NCBI GenBank assembly: GCA_030603445.1
Contig: JAUVXU010000003.1
Span: forward strand, 23,059-87,058
Direction of reading: 5' to 3'
Length of the DNA: 64,000 bases
Source: Methanomicrobia archaeon
GTDB lineage: Archaea; Methanobacteriota_B; Thermococci; Methanofastidiosales; NM3
The translations under genes and the position numbers were made by a program. The stretch's first letter is position 1. Each line of letters opens with the position of its first letter. The notes under the pieces are model-generated. The model was not told the DNA's origin and did not search any database. It worked only from the letters and a program-made list of their open reading frames with translations. Shown one piece after another: positions 16,426 to 26,325 of this stretch.

Positions 16426-16489
16426 CGTTCTGCCTTTAAAAACTCTAAAAACTCCTGGGTGCGCTTGTTGATAAGAGGTATCCCTTCAA
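16404..16489 (-). repeat. ~80 bp segment duplicated at 9181-9265
   Basis: Covers the last 13 codons of the 378-aa gene and the first codons of the 133-aa gene. Confidence 0.8.
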
Positions 16490-17558
16490 GCAGGCCCAGT
16501 TTCCTGAATCTACCTATCACACTATCTACTTTCTCAAAGTCAATGTTAAACATTTCGCTTGTTTCCTTCTCATTCTCGCTTATAAGGAAAAAAGCTGCTG
16601 CTCCCACAAGGGAGCTCTTTTCATGCATCTTTAGCTTTTCCATCTTTTGTTCAAGCTCTTCTTTTTTATCTACGGCCTTCCCATACTTCCCGAATAGCTG
16701 CTTGTTGGGGCATGGGTCTATCCCTGGAAATATGGATGTGAAGCGTTCGCGTTCAAACCTTGACTTCTTTAAATAGTATTTCAACACATCTTTGATAAAA
16801 ACGCCGTATGAGAGCCTGGCATAGCCGATGCCTAAGCACTTGCGTATATACTTGTCAACTATAAGCTCTTTATGCTTCCTATAATTGTGCTCTGTATCAG
16901 CAGGCGCCCTTGAATGTTTTTTTCCCATCATTAACGCTTCATAGTCTTTTCCAGTAGGCATACCAGAAAAGCTCTTGAGAGAAGATGGCTCGCGTTTGAA
17001 CTTAAATCCCCTTACCTTGCCTGTCTCCATCTGTTGGCGCTGCCCAAGCGCTCCTACTATCTTACGATACGCAAAGCGGTCCTTTTTGGGAAGATTTGAA
17101 AGCAGCAACATGTACTCCCCCCTGTAAGGAAGATGCTGCAGCACAGAAAAGTTATACACGCCATCAGGATTTAAGCAGTACTCTAGCCCATCGCCAGTGA
17201 TTGCTGCATATGCCTTGTCCCCTGTGATGCGTTTCTTGTCCTCACGGACTTCTATTGCATCTGCAAGGTGCGAAATGGCTATCTTGTGGGCGGCAATAGA
17301 ATACTGTATCCTGTCAAAAGCTATCTTCTTTTTTGTAGCAGTCTGCCTGAAAAACGGGTCTTTCCACGAGTCACGCACGCCTTTTACGACATAATAAGGA
17401 TTTTGGAAACCATAAAAATCCATCTCGCCCCTGAATTTTTTAAGGGTCGCATGATTGCTCTTTAGCGCATAGTAGCACTCCACGATGGAATCGGGAAGAG
17501 AAGAGAACTCGTATGATGTCCTGTCAAGGAATCCGTTCACCTCGCTGATAAGAGACAT
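16422..17558 (-). CDS. hypothetical protein
   Basis: 378 aa, basic. No family recognised. Confidence 0.6.
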   Translation of the reverse strand: MSLISEVNGFLDRTSYEFSSLPDSIVECYYALKSNHATLKKFRGEMDFYGFQNPYYVVKGVRDSWKDPFFRQTATKKKIAFDRIQYSIAAHKIAISHLADAIEVREDKKRITGDKAYAAITGDGLEYCLNPDGVYNFSVLQHLPYRGEYMLLLSNLPKKDRFAYRKIVGALGQRQQMETGKVRGFKFKREPSSLKSFSGMPTGKDYEALMMGKKHSRAPADTEHNYRKHKELIVDKYIRKCLGIGYARLSYGVFIKDVLKYYLKKSRFERERFTSIFPGIDPCPNKQLFGKYGKAVDKKEELEQKMEKLKMHEKSSLVGAAAFFLISENEKETSEMFNIDFEKVDSVIGRFRKLGLLEGIPLINKRTQEFLEFLKAER

Positions 17559-17562
17559 TAGT

Positions 17563-18297
17563 TCATCCTTTTACTGCACGTATCACTGCTATTAGCTGTG
17601 ATGTGTCTTTTTCTGTCAACGTCCCAGTGACTATTATATCGGCGCCTGCATCTGCTAGCTCCTTTGCCTTCTCAGGGGAACGAATCCCCCCTCCCACGAT
17701 AAGAGGAACGTCAATAATTGACTTTGTCTTTTTCACTATTTCCAGAGGAACTGTTTCATCTGCCCCGGAACCTGCTTCCAGATATACCATGCGCATGCCT
17801 AGATACTGTCCAGCAAGTGCATAAGCTACTGTTATATCAGGTTTATTTCTTGGAAGTAGGTCAGCTTCTCCAATAAAACCAACGGTCATGCCCGGTTCAA
17901 CAACAAGATACGCCATAGGAATTGGTTCTATTTTTGCCATCTTCACAGGCAAAGCACCCAGGGCCTGGGACTTTGTTATAAAATAAGGATTACGTGAATT
18001 TAATATCGACATGAAAAAAATGGCATCCGCATAAGGGGAAACAGCAGAAGGCCCGCCTGGGAATAGTATTACCGGCAAGTCTGTTGTTGCCTTTATCGTC
18101 TTGACCAGCGCATCAAGGCCCGGGCCGGATGCATTAGTGGAACCTCCTATCATTATACCATCGGTCCCTGCCTCCTGTGCCTGGTGCACAACTACGCTTG
18201 CCCTATCCAGACTTATTGAATCGGGATCAAGAAGCGTGAAGTGGAGTTTTGAACCTTTTAATTTTGAAAGAATATACGTTTCAACTTTGCCAATCAT
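17563..18297 (-). CDS. geranylgeranylglyceryl phosphate synthase (PcrB/GGGPS family)
   Basis: 244 aa; EAGTDGIMIGGS and IVGGGIRSPEKAKELADAGADIIVTG motifs. Confidence 0.9.
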   Translation of the reverse strand: MIGKVETYILSKLKGSKLHFTLLDPDSISLDRASVVVHQAQEAGTDGIMIGGSTNASGPGLDALVKTIKATTDLPVILFPGGPSAVSPYADAIFFMSILNSRNPYFITKSQALGALPVKMAKIEPIPMAYLVVEPGMTVGFIGEADLLPRNKPDITVAYALAGQYLGMRMVYLEAGSGADETVPLEIVKKTKSIIDVPLIVGGGIRSPEKAKELADAGADIIVTGTLTEKDTSQLIAVIRAVKG

Positions 18298-18375
18298 ACA
18301 AGCACCTACAAAAATATAGAAATGCCAATATATAAAAATGTTTATTTAAAATAAGAGATTATAAACAAAAAGGGC

Positions 18376-18519
18376 TTACGCCCTCTTATCCTTGGCCTTG
18401 TAACGAAGTGATGCAGAACCACATTTCCTGCACTTAGTGGCTTTCCAGCCATTTCTCGCGTTACATTTCATGCAAATCTTCATTTTGAATAATCTCATCT
18501 CAGCAACAGGTGATCTCAT
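18376..18519 (-). CDS. rpl40e: 50S ribosomal protein L40e
   Basis: Hand-translated 47 aa: [47 protein letters not shown] (CxxC ... CxxC zinc ribbon). Below the 60-aa cutoff of the ORF track. Starts 2 nt after the tsr3 stop. Confidence 0.85.
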   Translation of the reverse strand: MRSPVAEMRLFKMKICMKCNARNGWKATKCRKCGSASLRYKAKDKRA

Positions 18520-18521
18520 CT

Positions 18522-19043
18522 TTAATCCTCTTCCATGTATTCTAATTGAATGGCAACGACCTCTTGGCTGTCGCGGGCCTTTGAATATCGCTCCAAGAGC
18601 TCTTCATTGAGCTTTATAAAGGTTATACCCCACCTGAACTTATCCATCGTATTTAAAGCTTTTGTCTTCTCCCCAAGTATGTACAATGCAGCCGCAACTG
18701 CCTCTGCGGTGGAGAGTTTTGTAGGTTTTCCATAGTTCACAGGATTAGCAGCGACAAGATACGGCAATGCCCTGTCCTGTACATGAGGGGATATCTTCAT
18801 GAACACCTCGTTTGCAACCTCCCATGAACAGTCAAGTGCCGATATACCATGCTTAAGGTATATCACGTCCGCAGGTGAAAGTGCCTTTTCAGAGAAGGGG
18901 TTGAGAAAAATAGAATTTTTTGGGATATGTGCCACTTTGTCAACTATCTTGGCCAGATCAAATTTTGCAAGCCTGTATGCTGTGCATTTTTTCGGGTCAC
19001 ACTGCTTCGAATGGTATATCACCACTTGTGTCACTGCTTCCAC
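18522..19043 (-). CDS. tsr3: 16S rRNA aminocarboxypropyltransferase Tsr3 (DUF367)
   Basis: 173 aa; [12 protein letters not shown] and ALDCSW motifs. Confidence 0.85.
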   Translation of the reverse strand: MEAVTQVVIYHSKQCDPKKCTAYRLAKFDLAKIVDKVAHIPKNSIFLNPFSEKALSPADVIYLKHGISALDCSWEVANEVFMKISPHVQDRALPYLVAANPVNYGKPTKLSTAEAVAAALYILGEKTKALNTMDKFRWGITFIKLNEELLERYSKARDSQEVVAIQLEYMEED

Positions 19044-19591
19044 CCTTCCTTTGTTATAGCATGCACCGCCACATCACGGGGATTAACGCATCCTAGGTCT
19101 GTAAGACCGCATCTTTTGTACATTTTGATTGCCCGCGCATTCTTTATGTAAGGCAGCGTTATCATATCATCTGCCCCTGCTTTCGAGAAAATCACATCTA
19201 TAAGCTGCATGAAAGCATCATGCCCAAGGCTCCTTCCCCAATACTGCTTGTTTAGCTTGATATCTGCAAGAGCACAAGTCCGATTCTCGTCCTTTACCCA
19301 CGTTCCAAATGAAAATATATTCGGGAGCATTCCAAATGCCGTCTCGCCGATAGGTTTTCCATCCAAGGTCACGATATATTGCTCTGAAGCGCCCTTTGAG
19401 CGTGACTTAGCAAGCAGATATCCCTCATACCATTTTTTAATATCAATTCCCTGGGAAGGGATGCCTGTGTAGCAGGCGACCTCGGAGTCTTTCCATAGTG
19501 CATCAAGAAATCCAAGATAACGCTCCTCGAAAGGTACCAGTTGCGTTAGATAACATATGTCATCCATACTCTTATTGCTCCTTAAAATCAA
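19031..19591 (-). CDS. GNAT family N-acetyltransferase (RimJ/RimL-like)
   Basis: 186 aa; QYWGRSLGHDAF ... NARAIKMYKRCG. The true start may be the internal Met at 19567. Confidence 0.7.
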   Translation of the reverse strand: MILRSNKSMDDICYLTQLVPFEERYLGFLDALWKDSEVACYTGIPSQGIDIKKWYEGYLLAKSRSKGASEQYIVTLDGKPIGETAFGMLPNIFSFGTWVKDENRTCALADIKLNKQYWGRSLGHDAFMQLIDVIFSKAGADDMITLPYIKNARAIKMYKRCGLTDLGCVNPRDVAVHAITKEGWKQ

Positions 19592-19602
19592 ATACTACTT
19601 AA

Positions 19603-21336
19603 TCAGCTGTGGGCAAACACCGCTTTAATTCCATCTTCCTTTGAGTCGATACGCACGAACCCATATCTCTCAAACTGCACGATCTCGCCAACAGGAAGAG
19701 AAGCTATGTCCTTTTCTCCAAGCCCGTTTGAGAAGCGTATGCTATCCTCCTGAAGCTCCTTGCCAACGTATAAAGGCGAAAGCACCATGACCTGCACGTT
19801 GATGCCGTCAAGAGGGACCCACTGGATCTTCTTGAGTTTGCGCAAATCCACCTCTTCCTCAAAAAGTGATGCCCCAATCGTCTTATCCGCATGCTCGATG
19901 CGTATATTGCAAAAGTCCTTTAGGCGTATGACGCTTCCCACATCAAGTGATCTTGCGTCAGTGGCCGATATGTAAATCGAGGTGCCTACTTCAAGAGTGC
20001 GCTTTCCGAGATCTTTGGTCGGATGCATATTAATTGTCAGTGTCTTGGGATCTATTCCCTTTATGTCTACTCGAACAGGGTCTTCAACAAAGAAGAAGCG
20101 CTTTGTAACAGGGTCGATTAACTTCCTGTTCAAGGATTCTAAAAGCGACCAATCTATTTCTGGTTCGGCAGTAGAAAGCCCTATCTCCTTTGCAAGCTCA
20201 TGGACAGTTTCCGGAATTATGCCTCTACGCCTAAGACCGCGAATTGTTACAAGGCGCGGGTCGTCCCACCCCGTTACCATGTTATTCTCGATAAGGGGGC
20301 GTATGAGCCGCTTTGATGTTGGGGCTCCCCGTATGCCAAATCGTGAATACTGTTTTGTTATCGGGCAACGCAGGCCTAGAAGCGACCTGATATAATCATG
20401 CAGTTCTATACGAAGGGTAAACTCGTTGGAACGAAGCACATGGGTGACTCCAAGTATCGAGTCCTCTATTGCGCAGGCAAAGTCGTAGACAGGCCATACA
20501 GTATATTTATCCCCCTGCAAAGGATGTTCGTGTCTAATGACGCGAAAGAGCGTCGGGTCGCGCATTGCCGTGTTTTGCGACGCGTTGTCCCCTTTTATTC
20601 GTAGTACCATCTTCCCCTCATCAGCTGAGAAGAGATCATCCCAAAGCACCAGATTCTCTTCCTTGCTCCTGTTCCTGCAAGAGCAGGGCTGTCCTTTGAA
20701 TCGCAGTTTTGATACGATCTCCTGTTCACAATCGCACATGTATGCGCTGCCTGCATCTATAAGGTCCCTTGCATAAGTGTAGTAGATATCCATGTCATCA
20801 GACATGTTGTGTTCCTTGTCCCAAGAAAGGCCCATCCACTTCATGTCCTGTTTGATAGCATTATAATACTCCAGCTTCTCCGCTCTTGGGTTTGTGTCAT
20901 CGAAACGCAAGATGACCTTTCCATTGTACCTTTTCGCATAATAATAGTTAAAGAAGAAAGAAAGACCATGGCCAATGTGAGGATATCCGTTAGGCTCAGG
21001 TGGCAGGCGCGTTACGACCTTTCCATCCTCGGCCCCAGGAAGGGGCGGCAGGCCTTTTTTTTCTTTTTTCTCAGCCGAAAAGAAACCTGGGTCAATTGCC
21101 ATTACCTCTGCACGCTGGGCCTCTGCATCCATTGAATTCACGACTGATATGACCTGTATGACCGCAGGGATTACCTCTTTTGCATGCTTGCGAAGGTCTG
21201 GATTTTCCCCAAGAAGCTTGCTGATAACTGCTTTTTTATCTGCAACGCCTCCGTGAACGGCCGCATTTTTTAGTGCTAACTTACGGATAATGTCCTCCAT
21301 AGCCTCTCCCATGTGCAAGAATGAATGCAGCATCAA
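19603..21336 (-). CDS. gltX: glutamyl-tRNA synthetase (archaeal type)
   Basis: 577 aa; PEPNGYPHIGHG HIGH motif, class I catalytic core. The likely true start is Met at 21300 (MEDIIRK). Confidence 0.95.
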   Translation of the reverse strand: MMLHSFLHMGEAMEDIIRKLALKNAAVHGGVADKKAVISKLLGENPDLRKHAKEVIPAVIQVISVVNSMDAEAQRAEVMAIDPGFFSAEKKEKKGLPPLPGAEDGKVVTRLPPEPNGYPHIGHGLSFFFNYYYAKRYNGKVILRFDDTNPRAEKLEYYNAIKQDMKWMGLSWDKEHNMSDDMDIYYTYARDLIDAGSAYMCDCEQEIVSKLRFKGQPCSCRNRSKEENLVLWDDLFSADEGKMVLRIKGDNASQNTAMRDPTLFRVIRHEHPLQGDKYTVWPVYDFACAIEDSILGVTHVLRSNEFTLRIELHDYIRSLLGLRCPITKQYSRFGIRGAPTSKRLIRPLIENNMVTGWDDPRLVTIRGLRRRGIIPETVHELAKEIGLSTAEPEIDWSLLESLNRKLIDPVTKRFFFVEDPVRVDIKGIDPKTLTINMHPTKDLGKRTLEVGTSIYISATDARSLDVGSVIRLKDFCNIRIEHADKTIGASLFEEEVDLRKLKKIQWVPLDGINVQVMVLSPLYVGKELQEDSIRFSNGLGEKDIASLPVGEIVQFERYGFVRIDSKEDGIKAVFAHS

Positions 21337-22589
21337 TAAAAAGGTATCTCATACTCTAAAAAGTATATGCGCGCTTTGCTATCATAGATGCGCTGCATAT
21401 GCTCAATTGTTGCATCAGGGACTGATGACTCGACATAGATATGGCTAATCCCATATGCTTCAGGGACCCTGTAATCCTTGCTGCCCATTAATATTATGCC
21501 GGTCTGAGATGAAAGCCGTTTTCCGTGATCGGGTGAATAGGGATAGTATTCGTCAACTAGCACCGTGCTTCCATAATATGTCGCAAGGTGGCCGGCAGTT
21601 GACATCACAGGCATTAACGAATTTTCCCCAAGAAAGGAAACTCCTGCTACGTCCTGCTCAGAATAGATAGGGGAACGGTCCATTGAGTGCATGATGCCAA
21701 TAGCCAAGAACAACACCAGCAACGTGAAGAACATAGGCGTGCTCTTCTGCGCCACCTTTAGCATGCCTGTTCCCGCAACAATGCATAGGATCACTGCCCC
21801 AAGTGCAGGTATTCGATACGTTGCTACCTCCTGGGGAAGCAAGATGCACAAAACAAGAAACAATGCAAGAAAGAAAAACAGGCCTTTACTATTTTTGTTA
21901 TAGTGCATTGCAATTGATGCTAGCGGGACGTATATGCCAACGCACACAAAAAAGGGCAGAAGAAATGGCCTTCTGACATAATCAAGGGAGGGGCCCTGTA
22001 TAAATGCAAAAACAATTACCATGAAAAGAAGCGCCGCCGTTAATACCCTCATGCGGCGATTTGTAGAAAAGAGAAGCGCCGATGCGAAATAGAACAATGC
22101 ACTAAAAACATGGGTAAGGCACAGCACAACCCCTAAAATAGCGAAAAGCCGCTCGTTATCCTTGATAAGCGCATAGTAAAAGAATGGTGCAACAAAAATT
22201 GCAAGAAGCTCCGGGAAGAAGTAGACTCTCATCAAAAGCGCCGGATTTAGGGCAATAAGAAAGCTTGCAAGAAATGCCTCCTTCTCATGCTCCCTTAAAA
22301 GAAAATATGCCGCAGGAACTGTTAATGTGGAGAGGAGGGGTGGAATCAAGATCGCCTTTGCCACAAGAGACCCAGGAACAAATCCCATAAGCAGGTGAAA
22401 CAATGGAGGGTAAAGTGCAGTGCGACTGCCGGCATACATATGGTCCACTAGGAACAAACCCTGTATGAGGCGCATATGGTAGTAAGGGTCCGCACCCATG
22501 ATAGCCCCTCCCTTAAGATACGGGGCCATCCTTAATATCAGCGCCAGGATTATAATAGATGAGAATGCCAGCTTCTTTAGCACCTTCAT
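21333..22589 (-). CDS. polytopic membrane protein, GT-C-type glycosyltransferase-like
   Basis: 418 aa, more than 10 TM. The first loop GADPYYHMR resembles the STT3/AglB EL1 motif. No C-terminal WWDYG domain. Confidence 0.5.
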   Translation of the reverse strand: MKVLKKLAFSSIIILALILRMAPYLKGGAIMGADPYYHMRLIQGLFLVDHMYAGSRTALYPPLFHLLMGFVPGSLVAKAILIPPLLSTLTVPAAYFLLREHEKEAFLASFLIALNPALLMRVYFFPELLAIFVAPFFYYALIKDNERLFAILGVVLCLTHVFSALFYFASALLFSTNRRMRVLTAALLFMVIVFAFIQGPSLDYVRRPFLLPFFVCVGIYVPLASIAMHYNKNSKGLFFFLALFLVLCILLPQEVATYRIPALGAVILCIVAGTGMLKVAQKSTPMFFTLLVLFLAIGIMHSMDRSPIYSEQDVAGVSFLGENSLMPVMSTAGHLATYYGSTVLVDEYYPYSPDHGKRLSSQTGIILMGSKDYRVPEAYGISHIYVESSVPDATIEHMQRIYDSKARIYFLEYEIPFY

Positions 22590-24016
22590 TCCTCCAAAAC
22601 ACAGTAGAAGTTTGATGTGGCACCAGAATATGTCTTATTAAATAGATCACACTCATTAAGGAATGAATCGTCTTTGTAATCGTATAGCTCCTTTCTCCCA
22701 AAATACACGTATCTTATCAGGTATTTTTCAACTATTGCCGGGTCCCCCCTGTAGAAGCTGTTCGTATCTTTGGTACGCTCGTTGTAGTTAAAAGAGCCTG
22801 AATAGTAGGCGCCCTTTATCGGGACTTTATGGGAAATGGCAGCGCAGACCGGTGCGAAGAACCAACCAGTTATCACCTGCCCGTCCACAATGGTCTCCTC
22901 CCCAAGCCACGTGAACGCTTCGCCCTCATGCTCGTAGACTAGGGGGGATATTGAATGCATGTACATGTATGGGCCTGCAAGAGACACCAAAATCAGCCCG
23001 CATATCCCTATACCTACAGCAAGCCGATTTGACAATATCATCCTCTTTATAGCAATCCCTGCAAGTGCAGCAACAGGAAGCGCCATAAACTCTATGAACC
23101 TTGATGGCAGTATCCAAAACATCGATGTCGAGAGGGCAAACGTGACTAAAAACCAGGAAAACACCAACTGTTCGCTGCGTCTTCTTCTTGTAACAACCCA
23201 TCCCAATCCTATGCATGCAAGGCCAAGCTGCAGTGCCCCTAACTTGTTAGGATACGACTTAAGAGGTATAATTATGCTTTCTGGCAGGCGCGAATATATC
23301 CCGTGGCCAAGCAGGTGATGGATCCAGTATGAGGGTATGATCGCGGAAACTATGATAAACACCCCTAAAATCAACAATATGTTGCGTATGGAATCCTTGT
23401 CATGTCTTACATTAAGGATGAGGAAGAGAGTAAATAGCAATACCACCGATGCGGTGACTATTAGGGTAAGCCCATGCGTGAGCACGACGGCTGCCCCAAA
23501 TGCGCCTGCGACAAATGCCCATTTCCTATTATCTAGCGATTTAAAGAAAAAGATAAACACAAGCAACATGAATATGGTTGCCAAAGCCTGGGAAGAGGAT
23601 ATTACCCCCCTGTCAACAGACACTGGTATTGTAATTGCAAGAGCTGCTGAGATAATGGCGGTCTCCCTATCATATAATAGGGATATCAGCCAGTAGAAAA
23701 CACCTATTGTTAAAGGATACATCACAAGCGGCAGATATCGTGCGATGGTCTGGGTCGATGCGCTAAAAAAAAGAGATAATCCTGCTAAGAACATATGAAA
23801 TCCGGGAGAGTACAAATTGGGCCTTCCAGTCGGTCCAAAAGAACCCCAGTCCCACCAAACAAGACCCTCCTTGAACAAGTCCCCCATCCTCACATGATAC
23901 CAAACGTCCCATGAGAATGGCAGCTTAAAACGAAATACTGCTATTGCCATAAGGGAAAGCGCAAGCACTAGAACTGCGGCTAGCGCAATATGCCATGCCT
24001 CTAAACGATAACGCAT
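22586..24016 (-). CDS. polytopic membrane protein, GT-C-type glycosyltransferase-like (paralog of neighbour)
   Basis: 476 aa; first loop SWDVWYHVRM; 4-nt overlap with the downstream paralog. Confidence 0.5.
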   Translation of the reverse strand: MRYRLEAWHIALAAVLVLALSLMAIAVFRFKLPFSWDVWYHVRMGDLFKEGLVWWDWGSFGPTGRPNLYSPGFHMFLAGLSLFFSASTQTIARYLPLVMYPLTIGVFYWLISLLYDRETAIISAALAITIPVSVDRGVISSSQALATIFMLLVFIFFFKSLDNRKWAFVAGAFGAAVVLTHGLTLIVTASVVLLFTLFLILNVRHDKDSIRNILLILGVFIIVSAIIPSYWIHHLLGHGIYSRLPESIIIPLKSYPNKLGALQLGLACIGLGWVVTRRRRSEQLVFSWFLVTFALSTSMFWILPSRFIEFMALPVAALAGIAIKRMILSNRLAVGIGICGLILVSLAGPYMYMHSISPLVYEHEGEAFTWLGEETIVDGQVITGWFFAPVCAAISHKVPIKGAYYSGSFNYNERTKDTNSFYRGDPAIVEKYLIRYVYFGRKELYDYKDDSFLNECDLFNKTYSGATSNFYCVLEE

Positions 24017-24054
24017 ACGATATACTCACAAACAAGTAAATAATAAATCTATTG

Positions 24055-24387
24055 TTACTTCCATTTGTCTGGAGGGAAACGTTCCTCCATTATCGCAAGC
24101 TCCTTTCCAAATGCGTCCTCAAGATCCACTCCAAAGTGTGCTGCTAGTTGTAACATGAGGGCAAACGACTGTGCAAACTCGCGAGCAACTTCAGGATTTG
24201 AGCGCTCATGTCCTGCCCCTTCCTTCTTGTAACCTTCCTCAAAGAGTATCTCCTCTCCTATCTCGGATATCTCCTCAATCAAATGCATGTAAACAAGTGA
24301 TGCACTAAAATCATCCCAGTTGCGTGCCTTGCAAAAAGCCTCGATCTTCTCTTGAGCCAGTGATATTTTCATAGCTATTACCCACAT
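24055..24387 (-). CDS. MazG-like nucleotide pyrophosphohydrolase
   Basis: 110 aa; HLIEEISEIGEEI ... E-rich helices typical of the MazG fold. Confidence 0.65.
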   Translation of the reverse strand: MWVIAMKISLAQEKIEAFCKARNWDDFSASLVYMHLIEEISEIGEEILFEEGYKKEGAGHERSNPEVAREFAQSFALMLQLAAHFGVDLEDAFGKELAIMEERFPPDKWK

Positions 24388-24474
24388 CCAATAACAAGAC
24401 TTTGTTTAAGAATATTTGCCATGATAAAAAACCGAACAAAAGAATTATATACATCACTATCATGATAGAGGAAG

Positions 24475-25023
24475 ATGAGAGAGTTAAGCGATATAAAGCT
24501 GATACGCAAAAGGCTCGGGATTACCCAAAAACAGCTTTCTAAAATAGCGGGAGTATCACAATCCGTAATAGCAAAGGTTGAGCGTGACCAGCTAAATCTG
24601 AGCTATGAGAAGGCAAAGCGCATATTTGACACACTTTTAGAGATGGAGCAAACGGCGTCAAAAAAGATAGAAGACCTGATGACGACACATATTACATTTA
24701 TTAAATATGACCGCCTCCTCATTGAAGCGTCAAAGGAGATGCATGAGAAGGGATTTTCACAACTCCCTGTGATAGGGGAAAAAGGGACGATAGTGGGATC
24801 TGTCACTGATAAACTATTTACATCACTTATTTTAAAAGATGTGAAGGATTGGCAGAACAAGCGCATTTCAGAGTTGATGGGGGACCCGTTCCCGACAGTT
24901 GACAAGAACATCTCTGTTAGGGCAGTGGCACGCCTTTTGGAAGAGAGGGATGCTATCATCGTCAAGGACAAGGGAGAATATGTTGGCATAGTCACCCGAG
25001 ACAATCTGTTAAAAGAGATATGA
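24475..25023 (+). CDS. XRE-type HTH plus tandem CBS domain regulator
   Basis: 182 aa; RKRLGITQKQLSKIAGVSQSVIAKVERDQ followed by a CBS pair. Confidence 0.85.
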   Translation: MRELSDIKLIRKRLGITQKQLSKIAGVSQSVIAKVERDQLNLSYEKAKRIFDTLLEMEQTASKKIEDLMTTHITFIKYDRLLIEASKEMHEKGFSQLPVIGEKGTIVGSVTDKLFTSLILKDVKDWQNKRISELMGDPFPTVDKNISVRAVARLLEERDAIIVKDKGEYVGIVTRDNLLKEI

Positions 25024-26303
25024 TTGGTGAAACTATGATAGAGAAACTAAGGGGCGTAAGGGACTTCTACCCTGAGAATCAGTACGGAAGAAGGGTAATA
25101 TACGAAACGCTATACAACACGCTAAAGAGATTTGGTTTCAAAGAGGTATGCACACCCTCTATAGAAAGCCTAGAGATGATTACAAAGAAGTCTGGCGCTG
25201 GGATCGTGGACGAGATATATGCCTTCAAAGACAAGGGGGGGCGGGATATATGCTTGATCCCCGAACTTACCCCAAGCATCGCACGTATGGTCGTGCAGCG
25301 CCAAAAAGAACTTAGAAAACCAATTAAATGGTGCTCTTTTTCCAGGCATTGGCGTTATGAACGGCCGCAAAAGGGAAGACAGCGTGAGTTTTACCAGTTC
25401 AACGCGGACATTTTAGGAGTTCGATCCAGCCGTTCGGATTTTGAGATTATTGCTGCAGGCATCGAATGCATGCTTTTTCTGGGGCTTTCCAACTTCAAGT
25501 TCCACATATCAAACAGGAAAATATTAGAATCATTTTTTGATAGCCATGGCATCCCTGTAAAGGAGGCATTTACTATCGTTGATAAGCGCTCAAAGGTCTC
25601 TGAAGAGGAATTTAAGGAAATGATAAGGACGCTAGGGGCAGGAGAAGAGTGCTATTTGCAGCTAACGTCGCTCCTTGATATCTCTGGCACTGTAAGTGAA
25701 TGCATCCCTCAGATATCAGATGCCCTAAAGGATACAAACACCCATGTTAAGGAAGCACTTGACAATCTTAAGGAAATGGGCGCATTTATAGATCATTACG
25801 GCTTTTCGAAGCACTGCATGATCGACCTTTCCATAGTGCGCGGCCTGGCATACTATACGGATATGGTATTTGAGGTATTTGACAAGAAGAAGTCCATGCG
25901 CTCACTGTTTGGGGGAGGAAGGTACGATGACCTTATAGAACTCTTCGATGGACAGAAAACACCTGCTGTAGGTTTTGCCATTGGAATTCCAATGCTTGAG
26001 CTCCTTATGAAGGAAGAGGGAAAATGGCCAGAACCAGACTTCGGACCAGATTATTTTATAATAATGCTTGGAAATGTCGAAAAAGAAGCTTTTGCACTAA
26101 TCAAAAAACTAAGGGAATCATCCACAGTTGAGTATGCCCTTACAGGAAAGAACATGAAAAATCAGATGAACGAGGCAAACAGCATCGGAGCAAAAAACGC
26201 CATTATAATAGGCGAGCGGGACCTTGAAAACAAAACTGTCACTGTAAAGGATATGAAAACTGGGACACAAGAATCTGTGCAGCTAAATAAATTTTATGAA
26301 TAA
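25020..26303 (+). CDS. hisS: histidyl-tRNA synthetase
   Basis: 427 aa; RYERPQKGRQREFYQ, GGGRYDDL, AVGFAIG motifs. Confidence 0.95.
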   Translation: MIGETMIEKLRGVRDFYPENQYGRRVIYETLYNTLKRFGFKEVCTPSIESLEMITKKSGAGIVDEIYAFKDKGGRDICLIPELTPSIARMVVQRQKELRKPIKWCSFSRHWRYERPQKGRQREFYQFNADILGVRSSRSDFEIIAAGIECMLFLGLSNFKFHISNRKILESFFDSHGIPVKEAFTIVDKRSKVSEEEFKEMIRTLGAGEECYLQLTSLLDISGTVSECIPQISDALKDTNTHVKEALDNLKEMGAFIDHYGFSKHCMIDLSIVRGLAYYTDMVFEVFDKKKSMRSLFGGGRYDDLIELFDGQKTPAVGFAIGIPMLELLMKEEGKWPEPDFGPDYFIIMLGNVEKEAFALIKKLRESSTVEYALTGKNMKNQMNEANSIGAKNAIIIGERDLENKTVTVKDMKTGTQESVQLNKFYE

Positions 26304-26325
26304 ATAAAAAAAAGAAAGGAAGTTT

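Noticed and set aside
9181-16489. The two ~80-bp direct repeats as attL/attR of a discrete 7.2-kb integrated element or provirus.
   Set aside because: The interval is not a coherent element. It contains the right half of the cassette array, the compositional boundary at ~15.0 kb and host-like genes, and no integrase. The 9.2-kb copy is a non-coding fragment of a functional gene junction, so it looks more like a recombination relic. It is reported as a finding rather than as a mobile element.
22586-24016. WWDWG in the 476-aa membrane protein as the WWDYG catalytic motif of an AglB/STT3 oligosaccharyltransferase.
   Set aside because: The motif lies about 55 residues from the N-terminus, in the first loop. 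It is not in a C-terminal soluble domain, which this protein lacks. I treat it as coincidental.
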